From Nitrososphaerota archaeon (lineage in GTDB: Archaea; Thermoproteota; Nitrososphaeria; PSMU01): a stretch of 64,000 nucleotides of DNA. A program made the position numbers and the translations under genes. Positions 46,849 through 57,121 of this stretch are shown in pieces (within the stretch, counting starts at the first letter, position 1; every line of letters begins with the position of its first letter). The stretch lies in the NCBI GenBank assembly GCA_040290255.1, contig PSMU01000003.1:64001-128000 (forward strand), written 5' to 3'. The notes under the pieces were generated by a model that did no database searches, was not told the origin of the DNA, and was given only the letters and a program-made list of their open reading frames with translations.

Positions 46849-47268
46849 ATGTCCGTGCAGGGGCCCATAAGGCTGAAGTGGCTGGAGGGCCTGCAGTTCC
46901 TGGCGGAGGATGAGAAGGGCCACGCGGTGCTCATCGACTCACCCGAGAAGGGAGGTTCAGGCATCGCATTCACGCCCAAGCAGCTGCTGCTCACCTCCGT
47001 GGCCGCCTGCTCGGCCGTGGACGTGGTGAGCATCCTGAAGAAGATGAGGCAGGATTTAAGGGGGCTGCGCGTTGAGGTCAGGGGGGAGCAAAGGCAGGAG
47101 TACCCGAGGTACTTCACGCGCCTCTGGATAAAGTACCTGATAAGCGGGAAGGTGAGCCCTGAGGCGGCCCAGAGGGCGATAAAGCTCTCCATGGAGAAGT
47201 ACTGTAGCGTGGGCGCCACGGTGAGCGGGAGGGCCCAGCTGGTGACCGCGTTCGAGATAGTTCCATGA
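46849..47268 (+). CDS. OsmC/YhfA-family protein
   Basis: TPKQLLL...AACSAVDV, KYCSV motifs; TATA TTATATAA at 46821-46828. Confidence 0.92.
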   Translation: MSVQGPIRLKWLEGLQFLAEDEKGHAVLIDSPEKGGSGIAFTPKQLLLTSVAACSAVDVVSILKKMRQDLRGLRVEVRGEQRQEYPRYFTRLWIKYLISGKVSPEAAQRAIKLSMEKYCSVGATVSGRAQLVTAFEIVP

Positions 47269-48266
47269 GCGAGGGCCCCCTAGCCGCCCCCCGCCAGGCC
47301 CACGTAAGCATAAGGGATACGCTGATCGAAACGGCGTACTTGGTCTCCTCCGAGCACGTCAACCTCATAGGCACGCTTCACGGCGGCCACCTGATGGACT
47401 GGATGGTGGCCACGGCCAGCACGGCCGTCGCGAGGTTGGCCGCAGGCAGCTTCACGCTGGCCTCCGTGGATAGGCTCTTCTTCCTCAACCCCATCAGGGC
47501 GGGCGAGCTCGTGGCCCTAAGGGCCTGGGTGGAGCACGTGGGGCGCAGCTCCATGGAGGTGGGGCTCGAAGCCTTTGCCGAGAACCTGCTCACGGGCGAG
47601 AGGAGGAGGACCACGCTCGCCCATATGGCCTTCGTGGCCCTGAACAGGGCGAATAGGCCCCGCGAGGTGCCCACGAAGATAAGGCCCGCGGAAGGCGAAG
47701 AGGAGATCTATAGGGAGGCGATAAGGCGCCGGGAAGAGAGGCTTCGGCGGCTTGGCGAGGGCACCTGCCAGGACGAAGAGGCGGAGACGCCTTGGAGGCT
47801 GGGCGCCAGCAGGATCGTCATGCCGGAGGAGGCCATTTATGGAAACATAATGTACGCGGGCCGGCTGCTCAAACTGCTCGATGACCTGGGCGCGGCCCTG
47901 GCGATAAGGTATGCCAAGGGGGCCGTGGCCACGGCCTCGCTCGATGAGGTGCATTTTTACCGGCCCATCCTGATCGGCGACATATTAGAGGCGGTGGCCG
48001 TGCTGAATTATGTGGGCCGCAGCTCGATGGAGGTGGGGGTTACCGTGCACGCCTTGGATCCGGTGCTGGGCGAGAGGAGGCACGTAACCACCTCCTACCT
48101 CACGTACGTGCACGTGAAGGCGCCGGGCCAGCCCGCGCCCCTGCCCCCCTATACGCCCAAGACGCAAGACGAGCTCAGGAGGTGGCGGGAGGCGGAGAGG
48201 AGGAGGGAGGAGAGGCTCAAGGAGCTCAGGAGGCTGGAGGCCCAGCCCGCGCCCACCTTTCAGTAG
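47265..48266 (+). CDS. Acyl-CoA thioesterase (tandem hot-dog domains)
   Basis: Two copies of G.L.GG.L...D / F..PI..G / VGRSSMEVG. Confidence 0.92.
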   Translation: MSEGPLAAPRQAHVSIRDTLIETAYLVSSEHVNLIGTLHGGHLMDWMVATASTAVARLAAGSFTLASVDRLFFLNPIRAGELVALRAWVEHVGRSSMEVGLEAFAENLLTGERRRTTLAHMAFVALNRANRPREVPTKIRPAEGEEEIYREAIRRREERLRRLGEGTCQDEEAETPWRLGASRIVMPEEAIYGNIMYAGRLLKLLDDLGAALAIRYAKGAVATASLDEVHFYRPILIGDILEAVAVLNYVGRSSMEVGVTVHALDPVLGERRHVTTSYLTYVHVKAPGQPAPLPPYTPKTQDELRRWREAERRREERLKELRRLEAQPAPTFQ

Positions 48267-48410
48267 GATGCGGCGGCGCAGTCCAAGATAACGCCCCTGG
48301 GCGCTCGTAGGGCAGCGCGGCTTCGGGCCAGCCCCGGACCGCAAACCAAGGGAGCTGGGGCATAGGGCGCCCTGGCTCATCCTTAAATAGAAAGGGCTCG
48401 TGCCTGAAGC

Positions 48411-50474
48411 GTGCAAGTCCCGAAGGCGCTTCCCATCCTGCTGATGGCCCTGCTCATGCTATCCTTTGGGAATGTGGCGGCGCAGGGCCCGGGCCTTAAG
48501 CGGAGCCCGCCTTTTACGGCCCTGCTTTCCACGCCCGTTCAGATAGCGCTTGCCGGAGGACTGGCCTCCTCCGAGGCCCAGCTGGCGCCTCGCCTTCAAC
48601 CGAGCGCGGCGCTGCCCGTTTCCCCGGCGCCGAGCTCGGCCTTCGGTCCCAACATAAGGGTGACGAAGGATCTGCCGGGCCCGACCCCCTTCGAGAACGA
48701 GCCCACGCTGGCCGTAAGCCCCCTTAATGAAAATAACCTAGTGGTGGCCAGCCATGACTACAACTCGCCTTATGTAACGGGGTACTTCGTGCCCGCCGTC
48801 TACTACAGCTTCGATGGCGGCCATAGCTGGCAGGGGCCGGTGCTGCTGAACCTGACCTACGGCGACTTCGCGAGCGACCCGGCGCTGGTCGCGGACGCTT
48901 CGGGCAACTTCTACCTCTCCTACCTGAGCATAAACAGCACCGTCTTCGATGACGAAGTCACGGTGGCGGTCTCGAAGGATGGCGGGGTGCGCTGGAGCCT
49001 TCATACCGCCGTCAGCCGGGATGCCAAGCACCTGCACGATAAGCCCTATATCGCCGTGGGGCCCAGCATCACCTCGCCCGGCTCCCAGGCCATCTACGTG
49101 ACCTACACGGACTTCCACCTGTGGGATTTCGCCACCGCGCTGAAGGTGGTGAGGTCGGATGACGGCGGCAAGACCTGGACGCAGCCTACGATGATAAAGT
49201 CGACCTCGTATCCCGGGCTCCAGGGCACCGCGCCGGCGGTGGCGCCCGATGGAACCCTCTACGTGGCCTACTTCGGATTTCTGCCCCTGGGAGGGGAGCC
49301 CGAGCCGGGCATCTTCCTCTCCGTCTCCCGCGACGGAGGCCAAAGCTTCGCGGGGCCCTACCTGGTGAGCAGGGTGAACTTCTGGACGCCGGGCTTCTGC
49401 CAGAGCGGGCCCTACGGCTTCAGGACGGCGCCGCTGCCCTCGATAGCGGTGGGGGCCAGGGGCGAGGTGTACGTAGCCTACAACAGCGCTACGGGGACGC
49501 TGACGGCGGGCCCCAGCGATCCCAGCGATATCTTCTTCGTCAGCTCCTCGGACGGCGGCAGAACGTGGTCCCGGCCCGTGAAGGTGAACGACGATAACAC
49601 CACCGCGGGCCAGTTCATGCCCTGGATAGCCTTCAGGAAAAGCGATAGCACCCTACATATAGCCTGGATTGACCAGCGTTACTCCAGGGATTACTTTGGC
49701 TACGATATCTTTTATGCCAGCTCGTCCGATGGCGGCAAAACCTGGTCCAAGAACCAGAGGGTGACGGACTATACCACGAGCCTGCTCTCGACCCCGCTCT
49801 TCATGTCCTCCTCCTGCGGTCTCCTCTTCTTTATAGGCGATTACATCAACATGGCGGTCTCGCCCTCCCAGGTCTACGTGGTCTGGACCGACGGGCGCAG
49901 GGGCTACAGGACGGGCGTGAGCTACTTCGGCACGAATGAAGATATTTACTTCGCTAAGTTGGGAAACAGGAGCGCCAGCCTGGAGCTTCAGGGGCCGGCG
50001 CCCACGGCTGGCTATGGTAGCCAGCTCGGCGTGGCCGCCTCGGGGCTCTCCGCCTCGGCCTTCTATGACCTCTGGCTCAACAATACGCTTGTGGCCTCTC
50101 GCATCAGCGCCGATGCCTCGGGCAGGCTGCTCGCGAGCATCGTGCTCCCGGCGCTTGCCCAGGGCACCTACAGCGTTAGGCTCACGGAGCCGAACTCGGG
50201 GCTCATCCTGGCCACGGCCTTCGTGAATGTGGGGCCCAACGATGTGCAGCTGGGGATTAACAACGTGGCCGCGCTGGCCTCGAGGCTATCTCAGCAGGCC
50301 AACGCCACACAAGAGCAGCTCGGCCTGCTGAGGGCGAGGCTGGACCAACTCGAGGCCCGGCTTCAGGCCTTCACGACAATAGGATCGACCCTCACGGCCC
50401 TGCTGGCCCTGGCGGTGGTGCAGGTGAGCCTGCTCGCGGTGCTCCTGCTGCGCACTAGGAGGGGAAGAACCTGA
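48411..50474 (+). CDS. Secreted Asp-box (BNR) beta-propeller surface protein with coiled coil and C-terminal TM anchor
   Basis: Signal peptide; six SxDGGxxW/F boxes; FIGDY; C-terminal heptads, TM and basic tail. Confidence 0.85.
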   Translation: MQVPKALPILLMALLMLSFGNVAAQGPGLKRSPPFTALLSTPVQIALAGGLASSEAQLAPRLQPSAALPVSPAPSSAFGPNIRVTKDLPGPTPFENEPTLAVSPLNENNLVVASHDYNSPYVTGYFVPAVYYSFDGGHSWQGPVLLNLTYGDFASDPALVADASGNFYLSYLSINSTVFDDEVTVAVSKDGGVRWSLHTAVSRDAKHLHDKPYIAVGPSITSPGSQAIYVTYTDFHLWDFATALKVVRSDDGGKTWTQPTMIKSTSYPGLQGTAPAVAPDGTLYVAYFGFLPLGGEPEPGIFLSVSRDGGQSFAGPYLVSRVNFWTPGFCQSGPYGFRTAPLPSIAVGARGEVYVAYNSATGTLTAGPSDPSDIFFVSSSDGGRTWSRPVKVNDDNTTAGQFMPWIAFRKSDSTLHIAWIDQRYSRDYFGYDIFYASSSDGGKTWSKNQRVTDYTTSLLSTPLFMSSSCGLLFFIGDYINMAVSPSQVYVVWTDGRRGYRTGVSYFGTNEDIYFAKLGNRSASLELQGPAPTAGYGSQLGVAASGLSASAFYDLWLNNTLVASRISADASGRLLASIVLPALAQGTYSVRLTEPNSGLILATAFVNVGPNDVQLGINNVAALASRLSQQANATQEQLGLLRARLDQLEARLQAFTTIGSTLTALLALAVVQVSLLAVLLLRTRRGRT

Positions 50475-50507
50475 TAGCGTTTTAACCAGGCGCCCTTAGG
50501 GCATGGC

Positions 50508-51905
50508 ATGGAGCGCTATAGGGTCGAGGAGGATAGCCTGGGCGAGGTCCGCGTGCCCCAGGAGGCCTACTGGGGCGCGCAGACCCAGAGGGCCCTCGAG
50601 AACTTCCCCATCTCGGGCCTTCGCCTTCCCCAGCGCTTTATCTGGGCCGTCGCGCTGATAAAGCTGGCCGCGGCCAGGGCCAACGCGAGATTGGGCCTGT
50701 TGAAGCCCGAGCTGGCCAGGGCCATCGAGCTCGCCGCGCGCGAGGTGCTCGAGGGAAAGTGGTCGGATCAGTTCCCCGTGGACGTCTTTCAGACCGGCTC
50801 TGGCACCTCCACGAACATGAACGTGAACGAGGTCCTGGCCAACAGGGCCAACGAGCTCCTGGGCGGCGCGAAGGGGGCGAAGAGGCCCGTTCACCCTAAC
50901 GACCACGTTAACCTCTGCCAGTCCAGCAACGATGTAATACCCTCGGCCATTCATATCTCCTGCTATGAGGCGATCTCACAGGAGCTGCTGCCCTCGCTGG
51001 AGGCCCTGGGCGCAGCCCTTCGGCAAAAGGCGCAGCAGTATGGCGAGGCCGTCAAGGCCGGGAGGACCCACCTGCAGGACGCGGTGCCCGTCACCTTTGG
51101 CCAGGAGCTGCAGGCCTGGGCCTCGATGGTGGAGAGGGGGCTGGCGCGGATTCGTGAAGCTATGAAGTGGCTGCTCGAGCTGCCGCTGGGCGGCACGGCC
51201 GTGGGCACGGGCCTCAACGCCCACCCGGAGTTCGCCACGCTGGCGGTAAACGAGATAAGGGCCATGACGGGGCATGAATACTTCGCCAGCTCCAACCCCT
51301 TTGAGGGCCTGCAGAGCAGGGCAGCGTGCGTGTACGTGAGCGGGGCCCTCACCTCGTACGCCTGCGACCTCATGAAGATCGCCAACGACCTGAGGCTGCT
51401 GTACTCAGGGCCTAACACGGGCCTGGCGGAGATAGAGCTGCCCGCCGTTCAGCCGGGCTCCAGCATCATGCCCGGAAAGGTCAACCCGGTAATACCTGAG
51501 GCCGTCGCGATGGCCTGTGCGCAGGTCATCGGGTACAACGCCACCATCGCGCTGGCCGCGCAGCAGGGGCAACTGGAGCTGAACACGATGATGCCCGTCA
51601 TCGCCTACGACCTTTTACAGGCCATAGCCCTGCTCGCCAACGCCAGCCGCGTGTTGGCCACGAAGTGCCTTGAGGGCCTCAGGGCCAACGTGGAGCGCAT
51701 GAGAAGGTATGCGGAATCCAGCCTGGCCCTCGTGACCGCCCTGGCGCCCAAGTTAGGCTACGACGCGGCCGCGCAGATAGCCAAGCTCGCCGTGCAGACG
51801 GGCAAGCCCATCAAGGAGCTGGTCGTGGAGAGGGGCCTTCTCAGCGAGGAGGAGGCCTCAAGGCTGCTGGACGTGAAGCGGCTGGCAAGGGGCTCGAAGG
51901 CATAG
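50508..51905 (+). CDS. fumC: Class II fumarate hydratase
   Basis: QTGSGTSTNMN, HPNDHVN.CQSSND, GRTHLQDA, GSSIMPGKVN motifs. Confidence 0.93.
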   Translation: MERYRVEEDSLGEVRVPQEAYWGAQTQRALENFPISGLRLPQRFIWAVALIKLAAARANARLGLLKPELARAIELAAREVLEGKWSDQFPVDVFQTGSGTSTNMNVNEVLANRANELLGGAKGAKRPVHPNDHVNLCQSSNDVIPSAIHISCYEAISQELLPSLEALGAALRQKAQQYGEAVKAGRTHLQDAVPVTFGQELQAWASMVERGLARIREAMKWLLELPLGGTAVGTGLNAHPEFATLAVNEIRAMTGHEYFASSNPFEGLQSRAACVYVSGALTSYACDLMKIANDLRLLYSGPNTGLAEIELPAVQPGSSIMPGKVNPVIPEAVAMACAQVIGYNATIALAAQQGQLELNTMMPVIAYDLLQAIALLANASRVLATKCLEGLRANVERMRRYAESSLALVTALAPKLGYDAAAQIAKLAVQTGKPIKELVVERGLLSEEEASRLLDVKRLARGSKA

Positions 51906-51907
51906 GG

Positions 51908-53668
51908 TTGAGGATCCTGGTGGTCACGGAGAAGCCGAAGATGGCCAGGGCCCTCGCCCTGGCCCTGGGCAAGTTCAGGACGGAGAGGAGGGGAAGGCTG
52001 CAGCTCTACTCGCTGGAGAGGGAGGGGGATGTGATCAGAATCCTGCCCCTTAGCGGGCACATCATGCAGGTGGAGACCGCCGAGCCCTATAGGAAGTGGG
52101 ATAAGGTCGACCCGCTGGACATCGTCGCCAAGGAGGAGGCGCTCGTGAAGGTCCTGACGAGGCCCGACATCGCCTCGAGGCTGGCGGAGGAGGCCAGGCT
52201 TGCGGACAGGCTGATCATCGCCACGGACCCCGATGAGGAGGGCGAGAACATAGGGTTCGAGGCGGTGGAGCTCGCGCTCAGGGAGAAGCCCGGCCTGCCG
52301 GTGGACCGGCTCTGGCTGCCGAGCATGAGGCCCTCGGATATAAGGGCCCGTTGGGGAGAGCTTCAGCGGCTGAGGCCCCAGCTGGCCCAGAGCGTGGAGG
52401 CCAGGATGTACCTAGATGCGATGATAGGCTTCTCCGCCACGAGGGAGCTGACGCTGCTCAACAGAAGGGGCTTCAGCCCCAGGATCCTGAGCGTGGGCCG
52501 CTGCCAGACCGCCGTGCTCTATTTGATCTACGAGAGGGAGAAGGAGATTCGGGCCTTCAGGCCCACGCCCTACTGGAGGCTGCTGGCGCGCTTGGCGCAG
52601 CAGGGCCGCGAGCTCACGGCCGAGCATGTGGATTCGCCCTTCTATGATAGGGCCAAGGCCTCGGAGGCGTATGGCCGCTGCGAGGGGGCCCGAGAGGCGC
52701 TCGTGGAGAGCGCGCAGTTCCAGGAGAAGCTTCTGCCCCCTCCTACCCCCTTGAATACATCCGCCCTGCTGCAGCTCGCGGCGCGCGAAATGAGGTTGCC
52801 CGCGGCCCAGGTGATGCAGCACGCGGAGGAGCTTTACCTTCAGGGCTACATAACCTACCCCAGGACGGATACGGACAGGTATGTGGCCTTCAACCACGAG
52901 GCAAACCTGAGGGCCCTGGCCAAGGGCGCCCTCCATGCCAAATATGCGGGGGGCCTGCTGGAGGCAGGCCTCACGAAGCCCAGGCAGGGCAAGAGGTATG
53001 AAGGTGATCATGAGCCCATCACGCCCATCAAGCCCCTGGCCGAGCCCACGGAGCTGAGGGGGCCCCTGCTCAGGCTCTATGAGCTGGTGCTGAGGAGGTA
53101 TCTGGCCCTGTTCGGCCCCGCCGCGAAGGTCATGGAGGGGGAGGCCCTGCTGCGCATCGGCGGCGAGCGCTTTAGGGCCAAGGGCCTGAAGGTGCTGGAG
53201 GAGGGCTTCCTGGCCATTTACCCATATGCGAGGCCGCAGCAGCAGGCGCTGCCGCCGGCCCAGGGCACTTCCCTGGAGGTCAGGGCCGTGGAGCTCGTGG
53301 AGGAGCAGACGAAGCCCCCTCCCAGGTATACCGAAGCGGCCCTGCTCAGGCTCATGGAGAGGCTTGGGATAGGAACGAAGTCGACGAGGGCAGGGCACAT
53401 AGATACCGTGGTGAAGAGGGGATATGTGGTCAGGAGGGGCACGCTGCTCCTGCCCACCAAGCTCGGCTATCGGCTGGCCGAGGAGCTGCATAGGCTCTGG
53501 CCCGAATTCCTCAACCCATCGTTCTCCAGCGAGCTCGAGAAGAGGCTGCAGGCCATCGCCAGGGGCGAGAGGGGCTGGAGGGAAGTGGTCGACGAGGGCA
53601 GGGCGCTGTTCGGCGGCATGATGGTGAGGCTCAGGCAGGAGAGGGAGAAGTTCTCGCTGCGCGGCTAA
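51908..53668 (+). CDS. topA: Type IA DNA topoisomerase
   Basis: TEKP TOPRIM, DPDEEGE, SVGRCQT, ITYPRTD, GIGT.STR motifs; no Zn-ribbon tail. Confidence 0.95.
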   Translation: MRILVVTEKPKMARALALALGKFRTERRGRLQLYSLEREGDVIRILPLSGHIMQVETAEPYRKWDKVDPLDIVAKEEALVKVLTRPDIASRLAEEARLADRLIIATDPDEEGENIGFEAVELALREKPGLPVDRLWLPSMRPSDIRARWGELQRLRPQLAQSVEARMYLDAMIGFSATRELTLLNRRGFSPRILSVGRCQTAVLYLIYEREKEIRAFRPTPYWRLLARLAQQGRELTAEHVDSPFYDRAKASEAYGRCEGAREALVESAQFQEKLLPPPTPLNTSALLQLAAREMRLPAAQVMQHAEELYLQGYITYPRTDTDRYVAFNHEANLRALAKGALHAKYAGGLLEAGLTKPRQGKRYEGDHEPITPIKPLAEPTELRGPLLRLYELVLRRYLALFGPAAKVMEGEALLRIGGERFRAKGLKVLEEGFLAIYPYARPQQQALPPAQGTSLEVRAVELVEEQTKPPPRYTEAALLRLMERLGIGTKSTRAGHIDTVVKRGYVVRRGTLLLPTKLGYRLAEELHRLWPEFLNPSFSSELEKRLQAIARGERGWREVVDEGRALFGGMMVRLRQEREKFSLRG

Positions 53669-54264
53669 AGCACCTGCACGCTGCCCTCCACGGAGGGCAG
53701 GAAGAGCAGGTAGAAGGAGTAGGTGCCGGGCTCGTCGTAGACCCATGTAAAGTTCTGCCCCGGGTACAGCACCACCCTCCCGTAGGGCTGTATATGTAGC
53801 ACGGTATAGTTCGCGCCCTGGTTTACCCAGATGACGGGCGTCACGCCGTGCAGGGCCCTCACCTTGGTTACGTTGAAGGCGCCCTCCTTCACCGCGATCA
53901 CCACGGGCACGGGTTCATAAAGCCCCGTAGCATAGGCCGTGGTGCCCGCCGGGAGGGAGATGGTGAGCTGGGGGTTGAGCACCCTGTACCAGGGCAGCGG
54001 CGAGAAGCTCACCGTGTACGTGCCGGGGCTGAGCGTGAGCGTGAAGGGAGTCGTCCTGGAGATGCCCTCCACCGTGGCCTGCACGCTCAGGTCTACATAC
54101 CGTTGCCCGGCGCCGGGATGGCGGTCAAGGGCCTTCGCCTGCACGATCAGCTGCCCGGGCCTCGTGAGCTGCAGGTAGGCATAGGCCGTGAGCCCGGCCA
54201 TGAGCATCAGGGGCAGAAGGAAGGCGACCGCTCGGCCGAGAGAAGGGCCGCTTCTCCTGGTCAA
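53665..54264 (-). CDS. Membrane-anchored PEGA-like plus cupredoxin-like protein lacking type-1 Cu ligands
   Basis: TM; TTPFTLTLSPGTYTVSF; VIWVN...LYPGQNFTW.YDEPGTYSFY...G.V.V. Confidence 0.7.
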   Translation of the reverse strand: MTRRSGPSLGRAVAFLLPLMLMAGLTAYAYLQLTRPGQLIVQAKALDRHPGAGQRYVDLSVQATVEGISRTTPFTLTLSPGTYTVSFSPLPWYRVLNPQLTISLPAGTTAYATGLYEPVPVVIAVKEGAFNVTKVRALHGVTPVIWVNQGANYTVLHIQPYGRVVLYPGQNFTWVYDEPGTYSFYLLFLPSVEGSVQVL

Positions 54265-54265
54265 G

Positions 54266-55588
54266 CTAGAAGAGCGCCCTGGTAACCCTGAAGCCCTCGG
54301 CAAGGATGGGGGGGCAGAGGGTGGGCGTCTCCACCTCCCACCACTTCACCCACCTCCTCGCCTTGCCCAGCAGCTTGGCCTTCGAGAGGAAGAGCGGCAG
54401 GCTGGAGCTGAGCCTGATGCCCGCGACGCCGTGCTTCACATCGCCCTGCTCGATGTAGAAGAGGCCATCGCGGGGCATGGTGGAAAACTCGCCCGTAAGA
54501 TAATTCTGAAACCGCGTATACCATGTGTTCGTCACCAGGAGCCCCTTCTTGACCTCGCGCACCATCTCCTCCCAGGCGGCATCGCCCGCCTCCACCACCA
54601 GGTTCCAGGTCCTGGGCACAACGTATCCGGCGTTGCCCGTGCTCTGGGCCCTAAAGCGCCGCGCGGTGACGAGGTTGTGCAGGTAGGCCCTGAGCACGCC
54701 CCCCTGCAGGATCGCGGTTTTGCCCGTGGCCATGCCTTCATCGTCGAAGCTCCTCGCCAGCAGGCCTCCCTCCGCCTGGCCCAGGTCATAGAGCGAGATC
54801 TGGGGCGAGGCGACCTGCTGGCCCAGCCTGTTGGCCAGGAAGGACCCGCCTATCTCCACCGCATAGGCCGAGGCGAAGGAGCCCACGTGCTCCATGAGGT
54901 GGGCGGCCACCGTGGGCGAGAGCAACACCTCATACTCGCCCTCCTCGATGGCGGCCCTCGAGAGCATCCTCCTCGCCGCCTCCCCCGCTTCGCGCCCCGC
55001 AGCCCTGGGCTCCAGCGCCCTCAGCGCGTTGGCGCAGGAGAGCCCATGCCCGCTCGCCTCCTTATTCGCGAAGGCCCTGACGTTCAGCGTTATGCCTCCG
55101 TACTCGTTTTCGCCTTCGAAGCCCGAGGAGGTGCAGAGGGCGACGCGCCTGTGCAGCTGCGCGATGATGCCCGTGACCCTGGCCGCGCCCTCGCCGAGGG
55201 CCGCGTGGATCGCCTCCTGTGCGGCCTGGGCCAGCTGCTCGGGCCCCGCGGGCTCATAGCGCATACCAGCAGGAGAGCCCGTGGCCGGCTCCAGGTGCGT
55301 CTCCGCATCTCCCTCCTCGAGCGTCCTCAGCGAGCGCAGGAGCTTGGCGATGTGGTCCCGCAGATAGCCGCTCTCCAGCGCCGTGCTGGAGCCCACCACC
55401 CTCTTCCTGCCCTCGTTGAAGCAGAGCGTGACCCCCCTCTTTGCGGAGCCCAGGGCCAGGCTTAGGCCGTTGTTGGCGAACCTCACGTTATCCTCCCTCT
55501 CCTCCCAGGCCAGCACGGAACCATCCCTCACGCCCTCCCGCCTGGCCATCTCCAGCACCTGCCGGGCAAAGTCGCGCAGCTCGCTCAT
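54266..55588 (-). CDS. pmbA: TldE/PmbA
   Basis: RFANN, FDDEG, STGNAG, TRF motifs; no HExxH; follows tldD. Confidence 0.9.
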   Translation of the reverse strand: MSELRDFARQVLEMARREGVRDGSVLAWEEREDNVRFANNGLSLALGSAKRGVTLCFNEGRKRVVGSSTALESGYLRDHIAKLLRSLRTLEEGDAETHLEPATGSPAGMRYEPAGPEQLAQAAQEAIHAALGEGAARVTGIIAQLHRRVALCTSSGFEGENEYGGITLNVRAFANKEASGHGLSCANALRALEPRAAGREAGEAARRMLSRAAIEEGEYEVLLSPTVAAHLMEHVGSFASAYAVEIGGSFLANRLGQQVASPQISLYDLGQAEGGLLARSFDDEGMATGKTAILQGGVLRAYLHNLVTARRFRAQSTGNAGYVVPRTWNLVVEAGDAAWEEMVREVKKGLLVTNTWYTRFQNYLTGEFSTMPRDGLFYIEQGDVKHGVAGIRLSSSLPLFLSKAKLLGKARRWVKWWEVETPTLCPPILAEGFRVTRALF

Positions 55589-57048
55589 CTCCTGAGCACC
55601 CTAACGCCCCTTACGCGCACGTGCGGCCCCCCTATCCAGACGGGCAGGGGCTGCAGGGGGTCGCCCTTCCCGCAGCTGCCGGCCACGAACTCCAGGTCCT
55701 TGCCCCTCGCATCTATCGCGCTCCAGTACTTGGGCGTCGTGAACTCCACCACCGGATCCCTCACGGGGTGCTTGAGCTGGCCCCCCTCTATTAGATAGGC
55801 CTCCAGGCCTACATATCTCTGGTTGAGCCTCTTGTCATCGATGTTCCATTCCCTGAAGCTCTTCACGTAGATGCCCAGCTCGACTTCGCGCACCATCTCC
55901 TCAAAGCCGTAGTCGCCGGGCTCGATGAAGGTGTTGGCCATCCTGACGATGGGCTCCACGTCGAAGGCTATGGCCCGCGCCGCCGAGTTGCTCTTGGTGC
56001 CGAAGGCCCTGGCGGACTGCCTGTTATGAAGCAGCTCGTTCACCCTGCCCTCGACGAGCAGCCGGCGCCTCCTCGCGGGCACGCCCTCGTCATCGTACAG
56101 ATGAAAGCCGTAGGAGTTCGGCAGCGTGGGGTCGTCGGAGACCATCGCCTCCTGGCCCCCTATCTGCCTGCCCACGTCCTCCCTGCTCAGATACGACTCC
56201 CCCGCCTGCGCCCCCTCGCGGCCCAGGACCCTGTCGGCCTCCAGCGGATGGCCCACCGATTCATGCGAGGTGAGGCCCGAGACCTCGGGTGCCAGGATCA
56301 CGTCCAGCTCGCCCGTGGGCGAGGGCTGGGCCTCCTTCAGCACCTTCACGAGGGCCTTCACATCCTCCTCGACCTTGTTCTCCAGGGCCAGCTCGCGCAG
56401 CAGCTCGAGCCCCCCGCTCATGCCCTCCTGCCTTGCCCTCTGGGCGCTCAGGCCCCCCAGCAGGGCCGTCACGAGAGAGAAGAAGTGAAGCCTGGGCACG
56501 CGCCCGCTCAGCGAGGCCCCCTCGCTGTTCACATAATACTTCTCCTCGTAGGAGTAGCCCAGCACGAAGAGCCTGTAGGGGAGCTTAACATCATCTTGGG
56601 CGCGGAGCACGATGCCGTCCAGCCCCTTGAGCAGGGCCATGGCCTCCTGCTCATCCAGGTCGGCGAGGCGCCGCTGCTCCCTTGCCTCCCACTTCGCCCT
56701 ATGCGCCCTCTCCTCGGAGAACTCGATGGGCTGCTTCAGCAGGCTGGAGGCTGCCCTGGCCCTCCTCACGATGCCCTGCACGAGCTCGGCCACGCTCTGC
56801 TGCGTGAGGAGGTTGGTCGCGCCAAAGGCCAGGGCGCCGTCCACCAGCACGCGAACCCCTAGCCCATAGCTGTCCACCAGCTCGGGAGGGTCGACCTTGC
56901 CCGACCTCAGTATGAAGGACTGCCCCTGCACCCTATGAAGCCTTGCCTCAGCATAGCGCGCTCCCAGTTCGGTAGCCAGCCTCACGGCCCGCTCGGCCGC
57001 GTCCTGCGCCTGCTCGAGCAAGCGACTTCTCAAGGCCATGAGAACCAT
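55585..57048 (-). CDS. tldD: TldD metalloprotease
   Basis: HESVGHPLEAD, YDDEG, RMANT, CGKG motifs. Confidence 0.93.
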   Translation of the reverse strand: MVLMALRSRLLEQAQDAAERAVRLATELGARYAEARLHRVQGQSFILRSGKVDPPELVDSYGLGVRVLVDGALAFGATNLLTQQSVAELVQGIVRRARAASSLLKQPIEFSEERAHRAKWEAREQRRLADLDEQEAMALLKGLDGIVLRAQDDVKLPYRLFVLGYSYEEKYYVNSEGASLSGRVPRLHFFSLVTALLGGLSAQRARQEGMSGGLELLRELALENKVEEDVKALVKVLKEAQPSPTGELDVILAPEVSGLTSHESVGHPLEADRVLGREGAQAGESYLSREDVGRQIGGQEAMVSDDPTLPNSYGFHLYDDEGVPARRRRLLVEGRVNELLHNRQSARAFGTKSNSAARAIAFDVEPIVRMANTFIEPGDYGFEEMVREVELGIYVKSFREWNIDDKRLNQRYVGLEAYLIEGGQLKHPVRDPVVEFTTPKYWSAIDARGKDLEFVAGSCGKGDPLQPLPVWIGGPHVRVRGVRVLRR

Positions 57049-57121
57049 GAGTAGATAAGCCTTTGGCCCCCTGTCCGACGCTTACATGCTTTATATACGG
57101 GCACGGCGCTCGAAGAAGGCG

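Noticed and set aside
48267-48410. About 145-nt GC-rich gap as a possible riboswitch or sRNA
   Set aside because: No recognisable motif. It lies mostly upstream of the TATA-like CTTAAATA near 48382, so it is unlikely to be in the downstream transcript.
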